NCBI GenBank assembly: GCA_963844715.1
Contig: CAWJPJ010000006.1
Coordinates: forward strand, 704,001 to 768,000
Source: an uncultured Phycisphaerales bacterium
Lineage (GTDB): Bacteria > Planctomycetota > Phycisphaerae > Tepidisphaerales > Tepidisphaeraceae
DNA: 64,000 bases
Direction: 5' to 3'
How positions within the stretch are numbered: the stretch's first letter is position 1; each line of letters opens with the position of its first letter. Positions 54,054 through 64,000 of this stretch are shown piece by piece. The notes beneath the pieces were generated by a model. The model did not search any database. It had not been told where the DNA came from and worked only from the letters and a program-made list of their open reading frames with translations. The position numbers and the translations under genes are program-made.

Positions 54054-54791
54054 CTACTTTGGTTTCCCCTCAAGAGACTCCCCGATCCAGGCAATCATGG
54101 CTGGTCTGGCGTGGGCCAACTGACGCTTGAGTTCCGCGAAGATGCTGCGGGAAGTGATGGCTATGGAAAGCGTTTCATCGGCGATTTTGTAGGTCACGAT
54201 CACGGTTCGGTTGTTGCGATGCGGGTAAAGTTCCACGACGTCTTTGCGGAGGATCATGTAGCGAAAACTGACGCCTTCGATTTCGACGCGATCGGGATAG
54301 ACTAGAACCAGCCCGATGTCTTCGGCCAGAAATTTGAATCTGCCGTAGGTGGCGGCGTTTTCGATCGAGACGTGGGCTTGGCGAAAATTCAACTCGGACC
54401 AGAATTGCCTGTCGTTCTCGCGGATAAATCGGGTGATCAGATATTTTTCGGCGATGGAAGGGACGAGAAACAATAGAAAGCCGCCGAGCCAACAGGTTGT
54501 TATCACCACGGCGCCGAGCGCGTCGCTGGGAAAGAAATGGTGATGGGCGGATTTTACGAGCCAATAGCCGATGGCCCAGGCACAGGGGGCGGCGAGTGTG
54601 CTGAGGACAGCTATCAACTTGATCTTGCGCCTGATTTCTTGGGAAGATCCCTTGCTGGGGAGGCAGTAGGAGATTCCAGCTTTCGCGGGGGAGGATTGAA
54701 CGGACTGGGGGCGCGATTGAAGGGCGGCCTGGCTGGCTTTGACGGCTCTGGCGCGAAAGTCCTGGTCCGTCTCGCGCGCGAGTTCTGTCAT
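54054..54791 (-). CDS. Hypothetical two-TM membrane protein (start uncertain)
   Basis: Long ORF with two hydrophobic helices; the ORF-track extension to 54899 runs through a heptamer repeat. Confidence 0.6.
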   Translation of the reverse strand: MTELARETDQDFRARAVKASQAALQSRPQSVQSSPAKAGISYCLPSKGSSQEIRRKIKLIAVLSTLAAPCAWAIGYWLVKSAHHHFFPSDALGAVVITTCWLGGFLLFLVPSIAEKYLITRFIRENDRQFWSELNFRQAHVSIENAATYGRFKFLAEDIGLVLVYPDRVEIEGVSFRYMILRKDVVELYPHRNNRTVIVTYKIADETLSIAITSRSIFAELKRQLAHARPAMIAWIGESLEGKPK

Positions 54792-54840
54792 GAGCGGGAT
54801 GTTACCTTGGACGGGGGCGGGTGGCGAGAAAGAGGGGGAT

Positions 54841-54875
54841 GGTTGCTGGTTGTTAGTTGCTGGTTGCTGGTTGTC
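54841..54875. repeat. Tandem heptamer (RGTTGYT) x5
   Basis: GGTTGCT GGTTGTT AGTTGCT GGTTGCT GGTTGTC. Confidence 0.8.
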
Positions 54876-54955
54876 GGCACGAGCCGCAGCTGAATGCACT
54901 CCCTTCCGGTCGGGCGGAAGCTAGGGAGGGGCACTGGTGGCGTCGTATCAACAAG

Positions 54956-54993
54956 AAGAGATCCGGTGCAACAAGTTGCACCGGCTTCGCGGG
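54956..54993. repeat. 38-bp palindromic repeat, copy 2
   Basis: Identical to 50280-50317. Confidence 0.85.
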
Positions 54994-55110
54994 GATGTTC
55001 GCGGAAGAATTGTTCCTCAGCTTGATCCTCTCCGATACTGCGGAAGCCATCTGAGGAGATGGGGAGGAAATGGGCGTGTCGCGCGCAGTCGCAGGACTCC
55101 GCGCGAAATG

Positions 55111-55152
55111 CCCCTCACCTTGATCCTCTCCCCATGGGTACATGGGGAGAGG
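55111..55152. repeat. REP-like CCCTCACC...CCTCTCCC...GGGAGAGG hairpin
   Basis: CCTCTCCCCATG GGTA CATGGGGAGAGG perfect stem; degenerate partial copy near 55015. Confidence 0.7.
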
Positions 55153-55197
55153 AAAGTTGTGAGGGGTTCGACGTGGCGCGGTGCGGGCGGCGCAGGC

Positions 55198-56717
55198 TTA
55201 TGTCGCGCGGCGTTTGCGCGGGCGCTGGCGCCCAGGATTGTCGCGGCGCCGAGCATCAGGCCTAGGGACATCGGCTCGGGGACGACCGCCAGGGGCGGGG
55301 TATAGATGGGCGCGTTGTTGGGGGGCGTTACGAAATTGGTGTCGTCGGCCTCGTCGTTTTCGGTGTTGCCGCCGCTTTTGACGCCGGTTTCGTTGTTTTC
55401 CAGTTCGGCTCCGGCGACATCGACATTGTCCATATAGATGTCGTTGGCGTAGTACATTTTCCAGGGGCTTTCGGTTGAGCCGAAAGTGATATTTTCAAAA
55501 TTCAGGCCGGAGATATCGGGGGTGGCGGTGTTCAGGCCATAGATCTGGGCGGCGGAGCCCAGGGAATTGGTGCAGTTGATGTTTTCCATGGTGATATTTT
55601 TCCAGATCGGTTCGGTGGGCGTCGGGGTGTAGGCGGGGGCGGGGATACTGGGATAGTTATCGCTGCCATTGTTGTAATAGCTGTTGATGACCAGGACGTC
55701 GTCGACGTTGGTCATGGTGAAATTGTTGAAAGTGACGTTCTGGACGAGGCCGCCGTTTTCGTTGTTGGTGGTGTTTCCGTCGCCGGCTTTGAGGTGGATA
55801 CCGTTGGAGATTCTGCCGCTGCTGCCGGTGTTGGCGCCGGTTTCGGTGACGTTGTTGACGTACATGCCGTTGAGGCCGGCGTTGGTTTGGCCGCCGATGG
55901 AGATTCCGTGGCCGGCGGTGATGGTGATGTTTTCGATGTTGACGTTGGCGGTATAGGCGGTCATGCCGTTGACGACGGTGGTGTCGGGTTTGGCGCAGAT
56001 GTCATCGTCGCCGTCGGAGATGTTGCAGTTTTCGATGAGGAAATTGGTGCCGGAGAAGTCTATTCCGTCGGTGTTGGCCTGCGTTTTGAGGGGGTCCTGA
56101 ATGGTGACGTCGTTGATGGTGACGTTGTTGTCACACTCGGCGACGAGGTGTTCGTTGGGGGCGTTTTCGATGGTGATATCGTTGACCTCGATGTTGGTGA
56201 GGCCTTCGAGCTGGACCATTTTGTTGTTGGAGGTGCTGGTGGCGTTGCTGTTGAGGATTCCGCCGCCGCTGATTTCGACGTTACCCGTCGCTCCGACGGC
56301 GGAGGAGACGAAGGTGGCGGTGGTTGAGAAATTCTGCAGGGTGGCGCCGGTTTGGATGTCGAGGTTGACGTTGTTGCCGAGGAGAATTTCATCCGCGTCG
56401 TAGGTTCCCGTGGGAATGACGACGGTGCCGCCGCCGTGGGACGCGGCATAGGAGATGTAATCGTTGATGACGGTGGTGTTGTTGGTGGCGATGGTGCTGG
56501 TGGTGCCGACGACGAGGACGTTGGAGGTTCCGATGGAGGGATCGGAAACGTTGGCGTCGTAGACGGAGGAGCCGATGGTTGGGAGCGTGGGGACGGCGTA
56601 GGTTTGCGCGAAGGCGGCGCACGCCGTTCCGGCCGCGAGGATCGCGGGGAGGAGAAATTTCAGGTTTCGACTTCGTTTGGCGATGAGTTTTCGTTCGTGT
56701 CTGGATTGGATCAACAT
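55198..56717 (-). CDS. GH28 polygalacturonase-like PEP-CTERM protein, paralogue 1 (true stop probably 55198; apparent indel near 55225)
   Basis: NTDGID, GDDD, GHGISIG, GIHLK; VPEP-TM, then RPRKRRAT* in the shifted frame. Confidence 0.85.
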
Positions 56718-56766
56718 ATTTCCACTCTCCTGAAGAGAATTTCCGAACCCCTTTTAACCGGCCCGG

Positions 56767-58032
56767 TCAGGCCGGGACCCTACGAGTTCGCCGCGTGAGA
56801 AAACCGATGCCGGCCAATCCGAGGAGGGAGAGGGACATCGGTTCCGGGACTGCAATGACCTGCGTTTCGATTTCGACTTGCGAGATTTCGATGCCGGAGC
56901 CGCCGGTAGCGTCGTCGGTGGATCGATAGCCGACGGCGAGGCTGTCGAAAGAGCTGGTGAGGAAGTTGCTGTTGGTGCTGGTGGAGACGGTGTTGGTGGT
57001 GTCGAGGAGATCGGCGTTGTTGCCGACGTTGGCGGACGTGCCGCTATAAAGTTGGCCGGTCATGGACTCGACGTTGGTGCCGGTGAGTTCGATGGTGAAG
57101 TCTTCCGTGTAGACGCTGCCGCCGGTGAGGTACATGTCGCCGCTGGCATTTTTGCTGCCGACGGTGGTGCCGCCGGTGTAGCTGGAGCTGCTGCTGCTGG
57201 CGTCGCTGACGAGGTCCTGGTCTCGGTTGTCGCCCAGGCTTTGGGCGGGGCGGGTGTCGATGCGGGAGCCGTTGGAGTTACCGGAGGCGAAGAGTTCGGA
57301 GACGTAGCCGATGTCGCTGGCGACGCCGCCGGTGGCGTCGTTGGTGTCGGTGTTCAGAAGCGCGTCTTCAAGATTGTTATCCGGGGCGGAGGTGCCGGCG
57401 TAGCCGGGGCTGGCCTGGGAATTATAGAGGCCGAAATAAATGGCGGCGGAGGTGGACCCGCCACTGGTGACGACGCCATTGGTGCCGTTGGTATCGGTGA
57501 AGGTGAGGATGAGGCTGATTTCTCCGCCGTTGCCCAGAGAAGCGATGGAAACGGGGGAATGGGTGAAGATGGACTCGATTTCGGCGATCTGGTTGCTCGA
57601 TTTGGCGGTGGAGAGGGTGAGTTTGCCGCTGGCGCCGGTGGTGAGAGCGCTGCCGGTGGCGAGCTGGTTGGAGGCGATGTCGTAACCGGCGGAGCTGCCG
57701 GAGGCGAGGGAGCTGTCGGTTGGCGCGGGGTAAGTCGCCGGCTGAAGGACGCTGGCGGTGGGACTGCCGTCGAACATGTCGTTGAAGACGATGGTCGAGG
57801 CGGCCAACGCATGGTTGCATATCGATGCGACCAATGTAATAGTTGCAAACACAACCGATTTTGAAACGAAAGAAACGCGGCGCGCGACGTTGCGAGCAGC
57901 GCTGAGGCGATGGGTGATGGTCAGGTTGTTCAATGGGACGCGTTTGCGCGGGACGGCGCGTGGTGTCTCGCACCGGGTTGTAATTTCAGGCCTGAGGCGC
58001 AGACTCTCGGCGCGGAACATGAGCTCCTCCAA
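56767..58032 (-). CDS. Ser/Thr-rich PEP-CTERM protein of unknown function (start uncertain)
   Basis: Long basic N-terminus plus signal helix; VPEPMSLSLLGLAGIGFLTRRTRR. Confidence 0.85.
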   Translation of the reverse strand: MEELMFRAESLRLRPEITTRCETPRAVPRKRVPLNNLTITHRLSAARNVARRVSFVSKSVVFATITLVASICNHALAASTIVFNDMFDGSPTASVLQPATYPAPTDSSLASGSSAGYDIASNQLATGSALTTGASGKLTLSTAKSSNQIAEIESIFTHSPVSIASLGNGGEISLILTFTDTNGTNGVVTSGGSTSAAIYFGLYNSQASPGYAGTSAPDNNLEDALLNTDTNDATGGVASDIGYVSELFASGNSNGSRIDTRPAQSLGDNRDQDLVSDASSSSSSYTGGTTVGSKNASGDMYLTGGSVYTEDFTIELTGTNVESMTGQLYSGTSANVGNNADLLDTTNTVSTSTNSNFLTSSFDSLAVGYRSTDDATGGSGIEISQVEIETQVIAVPEPMSLSLLGLAGIGFLTRRTRRVPA

Positions 58033-58662
58033 TCGGTCAGTGGCGCAAGAAGAGCGCGCGATCCGTGAAGAACGATTTCACCGCGCCGTCATGGCGCGGA
58101 TCCTATGATGAAATTTGGGCCGTTGGTGCGCGAGGAGTTGCTGAAGCAGGCGGGTCACACCGCTACGGGCGACACATCTACTTTGCAGCACACACGCTCA
58201 AACTGACATGGGTAAAAGAGGGATGAACGAGGTTAGATATACGAATTACTCTCCGCGTGTCAGGCCGGATCCATTGCCGTGGCCGGCCTCCCTTTTTTCC
58301 CACCCTACGTCGCGAATCGCGCACGAGCGATCCGATGAAACAAAATTACACCGCGGATCGCAGTGCTGCAAGATAAAAAGAGACGGCAACATCGCGATAG
58401 CCACAGTTCACAAAGTGGAAATTCTACGCGAGGGAGTATTAATGCCTACGACGTAAAGATTTGGAATGTGCGGAATGTTTGATTTTGTTTGCGGATATTT
58501 TTTTTAAAAAAAATGGAAACGCGAAATGCTTTTTGCAGTTTGCATCTAAGGACGGCGCCGACCTGCGAGTTCCGAGAAGTAGAGAAACGCCGCGAAAAAC
58601 AGGCGGTTTCCCGCCAATAAGATTGTCGCAGTCGAGCCGATAGGATGGGTGCCTATATTCCA

Positions 58663-60189
58663 CTAAGCATTAGCAGACGGCTTGGGGCCGCGTCGCGGGC
58701 GTCTTGAGCCGAGGATTGTCGCGGTGCCGAGCATGAGGCCGGCGGACATTGGCTCGGGCACCGGGGCCAGGGGCGGAGTGTAGATGGGGCTGGCGTTGCC
58801 CGCGGAGACGAAGGTGTCAAATTGTTCGTCGTCGAGGGTGATGCCGCCGTTTTTGTAAGTTCCTTCGACGTCGGGCAAGCTTGCTCCGCGGCAGGAGACA
58901 TTGCTGAAGTAAACGCCGGTTGCGTAGTACATTTTAAAGGCGCTGCCGGAGTTGATGATGTTGACGTTGAGGACATTGACGCCGTTCATATTAAGGGGGT
59001 TGCTGTTGAGTCCGTAGATCCCGGCGGCGTCGCTGACGGCGTTGTTGACGAGGATATTTTCCATCGTGATGTTTTCCCAGATGGGCTCGGTGGAATCGGT
59101 GGGACTGGACGGTGAGGGGACGTTGGGGAAATTGTCGCTCCCGTCGTTGTAGTAGCTGTTGACGACGAGGGCGTCGTCGACGTTGGTCATGGTCATGTTG
59201 TTGAAGGTAACGTTCTGGACGAGGCCGCCATTTTCGTTGTTGGTGACGTTGCCGTCACCGGCCTTGAGGTGGATACCGTCCTGAATGCGTCCGTTGCTGG
59301 TGGTGTTGGCGCCGGTTTCGGTGACGTTATTGACGTACATGCCATTGAGACCGGCGTTGGTCTGCCCGCCGATGGAGATTCCGTGGCCCGCGGTGATGGT
59401 GATGTTTTCTACGTTGACGTTGGCGGTATAGGCGGTCATCCCATTGATGACGGTGGTGTCGGGCTTGGCGACGATATCGTCGTCGCCGTCAGAAAGGCTG
59501 CAATTTTGGATCAGGTAGTTGGTTCCGGAGAAGTCGATGCCATCCGTGTTGGCCTGGGTTTTGAGGGGGTCCTGGATGGTGATCCCGTTGATGGTAACGT
59601 TGTTGTCGCATTCGGCGACGAGATGCTCGTTGGAGGCGTTTTCGATGGTGAGATTCTGGACTTCGACGTTGGTCAGTCCGGCAAGGAAGACCATTTTGTT
59701 GTTGGAGGTGCTGCTGGCGTTGTCGTTGAGAACCCCCCCGCCGCCGACTTCGATGTTGCCGCTGGATCCGGCGGCTTGGGTAACGAACGTGTTGAGCGGC
59801 GTGAAATTCACCAGGGTCGCGCCGGTCTGAACGTCCAGGTTGACGTTATTTTTCATCAAAATTTCGTTGGAGTCGTAGGTACCGGTTGGGACGACGACCG
59901 TCCCGCCGCCGTTGGCCGAGGCGTAGGAGATGTAGTCGTTAAGGACGGTGGTGTTGTTGGTGGCGATGCCGGTTGTAGTGCCGGCGAGAAGGACGTTGGA
60001 GGTTCCGATGGCGGGATCGGAGACGCTGGCGTTGTAGACGGCGGAGCCTATGGTCGGGAGTGTGGGGACGGCGTATTGGGCGATCGCCGAGCGCGTGGCG
60101 GCCGCGACGACGATCGCCGGGACGAGGCGCTGAATGTTGCGGCGGGCGTTTTTGGACAAACCGAAATTACGCGTGGGTTGAATGGACAA
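58663..60189 (-). CDS. GH28 polygalacturonase-like PEP-CTERM protein, paralogue 2
   Basis: TTG start aligned with paralogue 3 (xSIQP.RNFGLSKNARRNIQ); same motifs; VPEP-TM-RRPRR. Confidence 0.88.
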   Translation of the reverse strand: MSIQPTRNFGLSKNARRNIQRLVPAIVVAAATRSAIAQYAVPTLPTIGSAVYNASVSDPAIGTSNVLLAGTTTGIATNNTTVLNDYISYASANGGGTVVVPTGTYDSNEILMKNNVNLDVQTGATLVNFTPLNTFVTQAAGSSGNIEVGGGGVLNDNASSTSNNKMVFLAGLTNVEVQNLTIENASNEHLVAECDNNVTINGITIQDPLKTQANTDGIDFSGTNYLIQNCSLSDGDDDIVAKPDTTVINGMTAYTANVNVENITITAGHGISIGGQTNAGLNGMYVNNVTETGANTTSNGRIQDGIHLKAGDGNVTNNENGGLVQNVTFNNMTMTNVDDALVVNSYYNDGSDNFPNVPSPSSPTDSTEPIWENITMENILVNNAVSDAAGIYGLNSNPLNMNGVNVLNVNIINSGSAFKMYYATGVYFSNVSCRGASLPDVEGTYKNGGITLDDEQFDTFVSAGNASPIYTPPLAPVPEPMSAGLMLGTATILGSRRPRRGPKPSANA

Positions 60190-60277
60190 GGGTTCCCCTT
60201 TTCGTATGGAGTATTTAACCGTCGGGAACGAGAACAAGGCTACTATTTCGAATGCGATGCATCGGATTATCCGTAAA

Positions 60278-61813
60278 TTAAGAGGTGCGTCGCGGGCGTC
60301 TTGAGCCGAGGATTGTCGCGGCGCCGAGCATGAGGCCGGCGGACATCGGCTCGGGCACCGGGGCCAAAGGCGGGGTGTAAATGGGGCCGGCTACCGCGGG
60401 ACTGGCGAAGGTGTCAAATTCTTCGTCGTTCACGGTCACGCCGCCGCTGTTTTTTACGTCCATTTCGGAATCGGGGATGAGGGCGCCGCGGACGTTAACG
60501 TTATTGAAATAGAGGCCGGTGGAGTAGTACATTTTCCATGCGCTGCCGGAATTCTGGACGTTGATGTTGAGGAAGTTGAGGCCGATGGTGTTGGCGGGGC
60601 TGGAGTTGAGGCCGTAGATTTCAGCGGCGGAGCCCACTGCGCTGACGACATTGATGTTTTCCATGGTGATGTTTTCCCACAGGGGCTCGGTGGAATCCGT
60701 GGGCGCGGAGGGGGCGGGGATGGTGGGGAAATTGTCATCGCCGTCGTTGTAGTAGCTGTTGATGACCAGGGCGTCGTCAACGTTTGTCATGGTCATGTTG
60801 TTGAAGGTGACGTTTTCGACGAGGCCGCCGTTTTCGGTGTTGGAGGTTGTGCCGTCGCCCGACTTGAGGTGAATTCCCTGCTCGATACGCGTGGTGCTGG
60901 AGGTTCCGGCGCCGGTTTCGGTGACGTTGTTCACGTACATCCCGTTGAGACCGGCGTTGGTCTGGCCGCCGATAGAGATGCCGTGGCCGGCGGTGATGGT
61001 GATGTTTTCGACGTTGACGTTTGCCGTGTAGGCGGTGATGCCGTTGACGACCGTGGTGTCGGGCTTGGCGACGAGGTTGTCATCGCCGTCGGCGATGCTG
61101 GCGTTTTCGATGAGGTAATTGGTGCCGGAGAAGTCGATGCCATCCGTGTTGGCGAGATACTTGCCGCTGTTGGCGGTGAGTGTATTGGGGTCGGCGATGG
61201 TGATGTTGTTGATCGTGACGTTGTTATCGCACTCGGTGACGAGATGCTCGTTGGAGGCGTCCTCGATGGAGAGGTTCTGGACTTCGATGTTGGTCAGGCC
61301 GGAGAGGAAGACCATTTTGTTGTTGGAGGTTTTGGTGGTGGCGTTGTCGTCGAGGACACCGCCGCCGCTGAGTTCGATGTTGCCGGTGGCGCCGCCGGCC
61401 TCGGTGACGAAGGTATTGAGCGGGGTGAAATTCACCAGGGTCGCGCCAGTCTGGACGTCGAGATTGACGTTGTTTTTCATGAGGATTTCGTTCGCGTCGA
61501 AGCTGCCGGTGGGGATGACGACGGTTCCGCCGCCGTTGGCGGAGGCGTAGGAAATATAGTCGTTGAGGACGGTGGTGTTGTTGGTGGCGATGGCGGTTGT
61601 GGTGCCGGCGAGGAGGACGTTGGAGGTTCCGATGGCGGAGTCGGAAACGCCGGCGTTGTAGACGGCGGAGCCGATGGTCGGGAGAGCGGGAACGGCATAT
61701 TGCGCAAGGACGGAGTGCGCGGCGGCGGCGATGACGATCGCCGGGACCAGCCGCTGGATGTTGCGGCGGGCGTTCTTGGACAATCCGAAATTACGAGCGG
61801 GTTGAATGGACAT
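60278..61813 (-). CDS. GH28 polygalacturonase-like PEP-CTERM protein, paralogue 3
   Basis: GGGAG RBS; NTDGID, GDDN, GHG, GIHLK; VPEP-TM-RRPRR. Confidence 0.9.
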   Translation of the reverse strand: MSIQPARNFGLSKNARRNIQRLVPAIVIAAAAHSVLAQYAVPALPTIGSAVYNAGVSDSAIGTSNVLLAGTTTAIATNNTTVLNDYISYASANGGGTVVIPTGSFDANEILMKNNVNLDVQTGATLVNFTPLNTFVTEAGGATGNIELSGGGVLDDNATTKTSNNKMVFLSGLTNIEVQNLSIEDASNEHLVTECDNNVTINNITIADPNTLTANSGKYLANTDGIDFSGTNYLIENASIADGDDNLVAKPDTTVVNGITAYTANVNVENITITAGHGISIGGQTNAGLNGMYVNNVTETGAGTSSTTRIEQGIHLKSGDGTTSNTENGGLVENVTFNNMTMTNVDDALVINSYYNDGDDNFPTIPAPSAPTDSTEPLWENITMENINVVSAVGSAAEIYGLNSSPANTIGLNFLNINVQNSGSAWKMYYSTGLYFNNVNVRGALIPDSEMDVKNSGGVTVNDEEFDTFASPAVAGPIYTPPLAPVPEPMSAGLMLGAATILGSRRPRRTS

Positions 61814-62574
61814 AAAATGCTCTCCCTTTCAAGTTGATAGACAAAACCGACCGCAACCACAGTGAATAATGTGATTGCACTAAATACGACTAATCTGGAG
61901 GCTCATGGCGCGGGGCGGCGAACGTACGCCTGCGCGGCGCGGGGAGCTATCCTTGTTTGGATCTCCGTTGCAACCAGAGGGAACGAAAATGGGCGCTCGG
62001 CGCATCGCAGCCGAGAGCGCTTTGCGCCATGCGCGAAGCATGCGCCCTCCCTCGGGAGCCGGCGGCCCTAAAAACGCCGGCGGCGGAGATCGGGTAAATG
62101 GGCAGTGCGCGTCATCATCGACGCATGCCCTGCGGATTAAATTGGGATCGAAGGCGTGCGAGAGGCAGGAAGGAAATGAGGACGATTCACACCGCTACAG
62201 GTGAACAGTCACACATTTCGCGCAGCGCATTATAAATGGCTGCCAATGAGATGGATACAAACCGATGAAAAATGGAAAGGCCTAAAACAAATGCCCTTTT
62301 TATTTGAGTGCGCAAATGCTCCCAATATTGAAGCCTGCGCCAACCACCCTCCACCGTTTTCCGTCTCACCCTGGTCGCGAATCGCTTACCGACGATCCGA
62401 TTTAGTCAGTTTAACTCATAGGGAATTCCCTGACAAGAAAAAAGCGAGTGCCCCGTTCAATTTTTTTAACTTATCTTTCATTTTGTTGGCCGGAGAGGAA
62501 GTGCTAGTGCCGTTCTGCTCGGAAATTACGGCGAAATATCGTTGTCGGAACGAATGAAAAATAAATTCTTTAAT

Positions 62575-64000
62575 TCATAAACGAGAAATTGGATCTGAGG
62601 AAATCGAAGGGGACTGGGAGGGGTAGCTCTGGTTTGCGGGAGCGGCGTGGAGTTTGAGATGGACGATGAAGAGGCCGCCCTGGCTCGGTTCGACGGTCAG
62701 GTCGCCATTGAGAATGCGGACCAGTCTTTGGCAGAGGGAGAGGCCCAGGCCGCAGTGGGCGCCGTTGTTGGAACGGGCCTGGTCGCCGCGCCAGAAACGG
62801 TCGAAAACGCTGGGGACCTCGGCGGCGGCGACCTGGCTGCCGGTGTTGCTCAGCAGAATTTCGACGGAATTTTGGTCGGAATTGGTGGCGAGATTGAGGG
62901 CACCCCCGGCATCAGCGTAGGAGACGGCGTTGTCGAAGAGGTTGTCGATGACAATGCGGAGGAGGTCGGGGTCGGAGTGAATAAAAATGGAGGACAGAGC
63001 CCCCCACTGCATGGAAAGGCCCCGGGCAATAGCGCGGGGGGAATACTGGGCCCAGGATTCCTCGAGGAATTGACGGAGATCGATGGATTGGGGACGGGCG
63101 GTGAGCTGCCGACTGTCGGCGCGGGCCAGGAGTAGAAGGCGCTGAACCATTTCCTGCATGCGAACGACGATCATCGAGCATTTGTCGATGGCGGCTTCGT
63201 ACCCGGTCGAATCGCGCGGGCGAAGGCGGCAGACTTCGAGGGTGGTTCGCAAGCCGGCCAGAGGGGTGCGGAGTTCGTGGGCGACGTCGGCGGTGAAAGC
63301 GCGTTCGCGGGAGAAGGCGGATTCGAGGCGTTCGAGCAGACCATTGAGGCGGTCGACCATGGGGGCGAGTTCGGCGGGGACGCCGTCCAGATTGAAACGG
63401 TGCGAGAGTTCGGTTTCGCCGAGTGATTCGATTTCGCGGGACAGGCGGCGCATGGGGCGGAGGGCGCGATTGACGACGATCATCAGAACGGCGCCGCAAA
63501 TGAGAGCCGCGGCGGCGGAGAGCCCGGCGAGAAGGCCGCGAAGGTTTTCAAGGGTTTCGTCGACGGGGAAAGTGCCGTGCGCGACAGTGAGCATCGCGGT
63601 ATGGGGAGAAGTGCTGGTCGGGAGCTTATCTTCATCGAGGGGCATGTAGTGGATATTGATCCAGCGGCCGGGGCGGCCGTCGGGGAGGGGGGAATTGTAA
63701 TACGCCGAGGAGTCGGAGACGGCCGGGTGCGCGAGTTGGGAGGAGCCGAGCGAGACGGAGTGCCCGAGGGAGCCGGCGCCGTCGGTCCAGATCTGGAAGT
63801 ATTCGGGATTGTGGGCGGTTTGGAATTCGGGCATTTCGTCGCGGACGAATTCGAACTTGACGCGGCCGTGATGCTGCTCGGTCATGGAGGCCAGCGCACG
63901 GGCCTCAGTAAAAAGGTCCTGATCGAACTGCGATCGGATGGCATTTGCGAAGAAGTAATAGATGCCGGCGCTCGAGGAGACCGAGGAGGATGACCATGGT
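62575..64000 (-). CDS. HAMP-HisKA-HATPase sensor histidine kinase (CusS/QseC-like); 5' end at or beyond the right edge, apparent indel near 63971
   Basis: AFTADVAHELRTPL, NLFDNAVSY, FDRFWRGD, GLGLSL. Confidence 0.92.
   Translation of the reverse strand, partial: PWSSSSVSSSAGIYYFFANAIRSQFDQDLFTEARALASMTEQHHGRVKFEFVRDEMPEFQTAHNPEYFQIWTDGAGSLGHSVSLGSSQLAHPAVSDSSAYYNSPLPDGRPGRWINIHYMPLDEDKLPTSTSPHTAMLTVAHGTFPVDETLENLRGLLAGLSAAAALICGAVLMIVVNRALRPMRRLSREIESLGETELSHRFNLDGVPAELAPMVDRLNGLLERLESAFSRERAFTADVAHELRTPLAGLRTTLEVCRLRPRDSTGYEAAIDKCSMIVVRMQEMVQRLLLLARADSRQLTARPQSIDLRQFLEESWAQYSPRAIARGLSMQWGALSSIFIHSDPDLLRIVIDNLFDNAVSYADAGGALNLATNSDQNSVEILLSNTGSQVAAAEVPSVFDRFWRGDQARSNNGAHCGLGLSLCQRLVRILNGDLTVEPSQGGLFIVHLKLHAAPANQSYPSQSPSISSDPISRL

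Noticed and set aside
55017..55197. Long C-terminal extension after PEP-CTERM in the 566-aa ORF
   Set aside because: A one-base shift restores a basic tail and stop like the paralogues; the extension reads through a REP hairpin.
55794..61837. Long plus-strand ORFs (177-335 aa) over the PEP-CTERM cluster
   Set aside because: Antisense shadows caused by codon bias; V/G/D-rich with no motifs.
61862..62557. Small ORFs between GH28 paralogue 3 and the kinase
   Set aside because: No recognisable motifs or convincing RBS; more likely an AT-richer regulatory region.

Overview
GC-rich, diderm planctomycete DNA, most likely Phycisphaerae/Tepidisphaerales. This is inferred from four proteins with the planctomycete 'E-x-LE-x-R-x-L' N-terminal motif, six PEP-CTERM proteins, a TPR-tandem alpha-CTD gene and a planctomycete-type integrase. 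Left to right: a tyrosine integrase (missing from the ORF track) next to tRNA-Lys; a SurA/PpiD-like gene; tRNA-Leu; IS5-family copy 1; a SRAP pseudogene; bamA-skp-lpxD; a bufferin-like MNIO (DUF692) RiPP cluster; a ROK kinase; an O-methyltransferase; an SPFH gene split by IS copy 2; SpoIID; a TPR/alpha-CTD protein; DAGK-kdsA; an S53 peptidase; a nitrogen module (PP2C-kinase, APC permease, Amt); a glycosyltransferase; tRNA(CAT); a ~9.2 kb surface-protein gene with 19 x 306-bp repeats abutting a PAS-GGDEF-HD-Hpt-like gene; a deleted GH28/dockerin pseudogene; gltA; a serpin; a DNA methyltransferase/GIY-YIG three-gene operon; a MITE and REP-like repeats; a PEP-CTERM cluster with three GH28 paralogues; and a sensor kinase cut by the right edge. 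About 30 small indels break otherwise intact genes, including bamA and gltA. They look like long-read errors and cluster at GCGC. Best candidates for undescribed systems: (i) the MTase-(repeat)2-GIY-YIG plus (repeat)2-GIY-YIG operon; (ii) the C-terminally anchored giant adhesin coupled to a c-di-GMP enzyme. All family assignments are from motif recognition by eye; no database search was run.
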